A stretch of 64,000 nt of DNA. It comes from Paracoccaceae bacterium (GTDB taxonomy: Bacteria > Pseudomonadota > Alphaproteobacteria > Rhodobacterales > Rhodobacteraceae). The stretch lies in NCBI GenBank assembly GCA_039942715.1, contig JBDVBY010000011.1:9635-73634 (forward strand). The letters run 5' to 3'. Numbering within the stretch: the first letter of the stretch is position 1; every line of letters begins with the position of its first letter. A program made the position numbers and the translations under genes. Shown one piece after another: positions 60,874 to 64,000 of the stretch. A model generated the notes under the pieces. The model had not been told where the DNA came from. It worked only from the letters and a program-made list of their open reading frames with translations, and did no database searches.

Positions 60874-61778
60874 ACTTTGCCAGCACCAGACGTGACAGAA
60901 AGCTTGCGGCAAAGCTCATCTAACTGCTCAAGCGTCTTGTACTTTATTGTAACTGCGCCACTCTCTTTTCCAGGCGTATGATCAATCGAAAAGCGCATTC
61001 CCAGCGCCGCTTCAAGATCCTGCTCTAGTGCCCGTGTATCAGCATCCTTTGCTGGAATCGCGTTGTCATTTGACGGCGCTTTCTTCGTTCCCGTCTTTGC
61101 AAGCTTCTCAGTATCACGCACTGAAAGCCCGCGCTTGATCACCTCGCGCGCCAGCCCAATCGGATCAGTCGCTGTTATCAAAGCGCGCGCGTGCCCTGCA
61201 GACAAATCACCGATGCGCACCATTTCCAGCACAGGCTCAGGAAGGTTCAAAAGCCGCATCAAATTTGCAATGTGGCTTCGGCTTTTCCCAAGAGCTTCAG
61301 ACAGCTTTTCTTGCGTATGACCAAAGCGGTCCATCAGTTGTTTATAACCTGCTGCTTCCTCAACTGCGTTCAAATCAGCACGCTGGATATTCTCGATGAT
61401 CGCGATTTCCAAAACTTCGGTGTCATCAAGATCCCGAACGATAGCAGGCACCTGATGAATTTGCGCCCGCTGCGCCGCCCTCCAGCGTCTTTCGCCAGCG
61501 ACAATTTCGTAGCCGCTTGCATCCCTAGGGTTGCGGCGAAGAATAAGCGGCTGAATAATGCCCTTCTCTCGTACGGAGTTCGTTAGTTCTTTCAGGGCTT
61601 CTTCAGAGAATGTGCGTCGCGGCTGGTCAGGGTTAGCTTTGATCAAAGAAATATCGACCATTGCTTCCGCTTTTCGCTGCTTGGCTGGCTCTGACGAGGC
61701 GGGTGCTGATTCCACATCACTCATCAACGCAGAGAGACCTCGGCCCAAGCCGCGACGTTCTGATTTTGCCTGTGCCAT
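60870..61778 (-). CDS. parB: chromosome partitioning protein ParB
   Basis: 302-aa ORF. Contains RGLGRGLSAL, NPDQPRR, IQPLILR, IVAGERRWRAA and IIENIQRADL. Confidence 0.95.
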   Translation of the reverse strand: MAQAKSERRGLGRGLSALMSDVESAPASSEPAKQRKAEAMVDISLIKANPDQPRRTFSEEALKELTNSVREKGIIQPLILRRNPRDASGYEIVAGERRWRAAQRAQIHQVPAIVRDLDDTEVLEIAIIENIQRADLNAVEEAAGYKQLMDRFGHTQEKLSEALGKSRSHIANLMRLLNLPEPVLEMVRIGDLSAGHARALITATDPIGLAREVIKRGLSVRDTEKLAKTGTKKAPSNDNAIPAKDADTRALEQDLEAALGMRFSIDHTPGKESGAVTIKYKTLEQLDELCRKLSVTSGAGKV

Positions 61779-61789
61779 GTCTAAATACC

Positions 61790-62599
61790 CTATGGTGTAG
61801 ATTTTGAGTTTTTGTCTACCATTTCTAGTGCCAAAGCGCGATAGGCAAGTGAACCTTTTGACATCGGGTCATATGTAATCACCGGCATCGAAAAAGAAGG
61901 CGCCTCAGACACTCTGACATTTCTTGGCACAACGGTCTTAAAAACAAGTTCACCAAGCGTCTCGCGCGCATCAAATTCTACCTGCTGACTTAGGTTGTTC
62001 CGCCCATCGTACATCGTCAAAACCACACCTTCGATCCGTAGATTTGGATTGGCCGTTTGGCGCACCTCGCGCACAGTCAACATCAGTTGTGACAGACCTT
62101 CCAAAGCAAAGAACTCACTCTGCAATGGAATCAAAACAGAATCTGAGGCGACCATCGCATTTACTGTTAAAAGGCTAAGAGAGGGCGGGCAATCTATCAG
62201 TACGTAGTCCAGCTCGTATGCGTCTATTTCGGGCTGTCGCAACGCGTCGTGCAGCAGAAAACTGCGCTTTTCCACAGACATCATTTCAATGTCTGCCGAG
62301 CTTAAGTCGGTCGTCGCAGGCGCAAGCAATAGGCCATCTTGGTTCGTTGTCTGCACAACACTCTTTAATGAAGCGTCTTCTAAAAGAAGGTCATAGGTTG
62401 TGAAGGTGCGATCCTCGGGATCAACACCCAACCCCGTGGATGCGTTCCCCTGTGGGTCAAGATCCACCAAAAGAACATTGTAACCATGATCAGCCAGCGC
62501 GGCCCCAAGGTTAATAGAGGTCGTTGTTTTTCCAACTCCGCCTTTTTGATTTACGACCGAAATGATGCGCGGCAATGGTGGTCTTGTTGGGTCAGACAC
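61790..62599 (-). CDS. parA: chromosome partitioning ATPase ParA
   Basis: The track ORF runs to 62701, deep into rsmG. GTG at 62599 overlaps the rsmG stop by 8 nt and gives (M)SDPTRPPLPRIISVVNQKGGVGKTTT, the usual ParA N-terminus. Alternative ATGs lie at 62632 and 62638. Deviant Walker A KGGVGKTT. Confidence 0.85.
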   Translation of the reverse strand: MSDPTRPPLPRIISVVNQKGGVGKTTTSINLGAALADHGYNVLLVDLDPQGNASTGLGVDPEDRTFTTYDLLLEDASLKSVVQTTNQDGLLLAPATTDLSSADIEMMSVEKRSFLLHDALRQPEIDAYELDYVLIDCPPSLSLLTVNAMVASDSVLIPLQSEFFALEGLSQLMLTVREVRQTANPNLRIEGVVLTMYDGRNNLSQQVEFDARETLGELVFKTVVPRNVRVSEAPSFSMPVITYDPMSKGSLAYRALALEMVDKNSKSTP

Positions 62600-63200
62600 G
62601 CTTGATATTTCCGATGTTAAGAATAACGGCATCAGCATCCGTCTTGCTTGGGTATGTTTCGCAGTCAAAGGACCAGTATTCAAGCGCTTGATTGATCTCA
62701 TCTTGCGCAGAAGCCCCTTTCATCAAGATTGCTCTACCGTTTTCTGCTAGATGCATGTTCGCCCAACCCAATAACATGACAAGCGGTGCCAGAGCGCGGG
62801 CGGAAAGCCGATTGACTTGCTGAGGAGCCATATCTTCAATGCGCTTAGCGTGAACTTTGAATCCAACACCCGTTTCGCGCGCAACGGTCCTAAGAAACGT
62901 GGCCTTCCGTTGATCAGATTCTACGAGTTCAACAGTCGCTTTCTCAGACATTATTGCAATGACAGCGCCAGGAAAGCCCCCTCCACTCCCAACGTCAAGC
63001 CAAGAGCCCTCTTCAACAAACGGCAAAATCTGAGCGGAATCCAAGAAATGCCTTTGCCACAGGACTGGTAGGCTGTTGGGCGACACGAGATTTATACTTT
63101 TTGTCCAATGCGCAAGCAAAGCAGCGTAGATATCTAAGCGCTCCAATGTTTCACGTGAAACATCCATCTTTTCCTGAAACGCATTCCTATCAGTTGTCAT
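62592..63200 (-). CDS. rsmG: 16S rRNA (guanine527-N7)-methyltransferase
   Basis: 202-aa ORF. Contains MDVSRETLERL, RHFLDS and LDVGSGGGFPG. 4-nt overlap with mnmG. Confidence 0.93.
   Translation of the reverse strand: MTTDRNAFQEKMDVSRETLERLDIYAALLAHWTKSINLVSPNSLPVLWQRHFLDSAQILPFVEEGSWLDVGSGGGFPGAVIAIMSEKATVELVESDQRKATFLRTVARETGVGFKVHAKRIEDMAPQQVNRLSARALAPLVMLLGWANMHLAENGRAILMKGASAQDEINQALEYWSFDCETYPSKTDADAVILNIGNIKRV
63146..63161. promoter_or_regulatory. parS: parS centromere-like site (perfect 16-bp palindrome)
   Basis: TGTTTCACGTGAAACA matches the canonical chromosomal parS consensus exactly. It lies inside rsmG and encodes the conserved DVSRET peptide. I found no second copy in the window. 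Confidence 0.85.
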
Positions 63201-64000
63201 GCTTGTTTTCGTTCGCCCTGACGAAGCCTCGCAAGGATAAGCGTGAGTGCTGCAGGCGTCATTCCTTCCACTCGACCAGCCTGTCCAAGTGTTTCTGGCC
63301 TTGCCGCTATAAGTTTTTGCCGTAACTCGTTTGAAAGCCCTATAAGCTTCGCATAGTCAAATGTCATTGGAATGGACTGTGCCTCATCACGCTTGAGATT
63401 TTCTACATCCTTGGCTTGACGCTCAATATACTGTGCATAGAGAGCGTCATACTTTAGCTGTGTTCGAACAGAACCATCGATGCTGGAAAGCTCTGGCCTA
63501 AGAGCAAGCACATCAGAAAACTGAACATCCGAAAACGCAAGCAATGCCAAGCCATCACGCTTTGCGCCGTCTTCTGATATATTTATACCTGCCTTTGACG
63601 CCTCAGATGCTGTGATTTTCACTTTCGCCAAGGCATCTCGGCCTAATGCAATATGCTCCATTTTCTCTAGGAACTGAGCTTTTCTGGCGCTGGAAACACA
63701 ATTGGTCTCAATACCAAGCGGTGTCAGGCGTTGATCTGCATTATCTGCTCGCAACGAAAGCCTGTATTCAGCGCGTGACGTAAACATACGGTACGGCTCA
63801 GTTACTCCGCGTGTCACGAGATCGTCAATCATGACCCCAATATAGGATGTTTCGCGCCCAAAATGGATCGGCTCCAAGCCCAAAGCTTCTGACGCAGCAT
63901 TTAATCCGGCGACCAGTCCTTGCGCTGCCGCCTCTTCATAACCGGTGGTACCATTAATTTGCCCGGCAAAGTACAGTCCGCTCCTATCAGTAACCTGTAG
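63197..64000 (-). CDS. mnmG: tRNA uridine-5-carboxymethylaminomethyl modification enzyme MnmG (GidA), C-terminal ~267 codons; 5' end lies outside the window
   Basis: The frame stays open to the right edge. Hand translation of 63884-64000 gives GLYFAGQINGTTGYEEAAAQGLVAG, then ...EPYRMFTSRAEYRLSLRADNADQRL (track ORF 63197..63883). Confidence 0.93.
   Translation of the reverse strand, partial: LQVTDRSGLYFAGQINGTTGYEEAAAQGLVAGLNAASEALGLEPIHFGRETSYIGVMIDDLVTRGVTEPYRMFTSRAEYRLSLRADNADQRLTPLGIETNCVSSARKAQFLEKMEHIALGRDALAKVKITASEASKAGINISEDGAKRDGLALLAFSDVQFSDVLALRPELSSIDGSVRTQLKYDALYAQYIERQAKDVENLKRDEAQSIPMTFDYAKLIGLSNELRQKLIAARPETLGQAGRVEGMTPAALTLILARLRQGERKQA

Overview
By hand tally, about nine-tenths or more of this 64-kb window is coding. 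It reads as core chromosome of an alphaproteobacterium. Gene content and order point to Rhodobacterales (roseobacter group), but that is inference, not a database hit. I support about 62 protein-coding genes. From left to right: clpB (partial), pyrF, a small Hint/BIL-like protein and an aldo/keto reductase. Then comes a roughly 10-kb minus-strand purine operon, xdhA-xdhB-xdhC followed by a BMP-family ABC importer with two extra small membrane ORFs. Next: map, sfsA, a cinA-like/GNAT/OmpA-like operon, a LysR regulator, fadH, gltD-GFA-gltB, uppP, an NDUFA9-like SDR, a CAP-domain protein, pip, ubiG, and the comF-grxC-nit-marR string (transcribed in that order on the minus strand). Then an NDUFAF5-like methyltransferase-fold gene, hemH, two YkuD L,D-transpeptidases flanking a second CAP-domain lipoprotein, a RumA-type RNA methyltransferase, a pair of fused ABC exporters, hslO/CoA-pyrophosphatase/cca, and a NUDIX gene. 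Then a response-regulator/PP2C phosphatase with a divergent Hpt gene, argG, a sulfotransferase-like gene, an exported msrA, maeB, mutS, hrcA-grpE, rph-rdgB-hemW and the partition locus parB-parA-rsmG-mnmG (partial). I saw no rRNA, tRNA, CRISPR array, transposase, integrase or prophage genes, and no convincing complete novel multi-gene system such as a defence island. The points most worth a second look: (1) an in-frame TAA splits the PP2C domain of the response-regulator phosphatase, and a perfectly preserved 42-codon tail follows it; (2) two translationally coupled small membrane ORFs sit between the two permease genes of the xdh-linked ABC importer; (3) a 4.5-copy 11-bp tandem array lies between gltD and GFA/gltB; (4) a standalone Hint/BIL-like protein lies behind an AT-rich leader; (5) a 39-codon remnant resembling the N-terminus of a dienelactone hydrolase sits in the largest non-coding gap; (6) a perfect parS lies inside rsmG; (7) a consensus alphaproteobacterial RpoH-type promoter precedes hslO; (8) convergent gene pairs repeatedly share overlapping stop codons with no room for terminators. 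All product calls come from motif recognition in the supplied translations. No searches were run.
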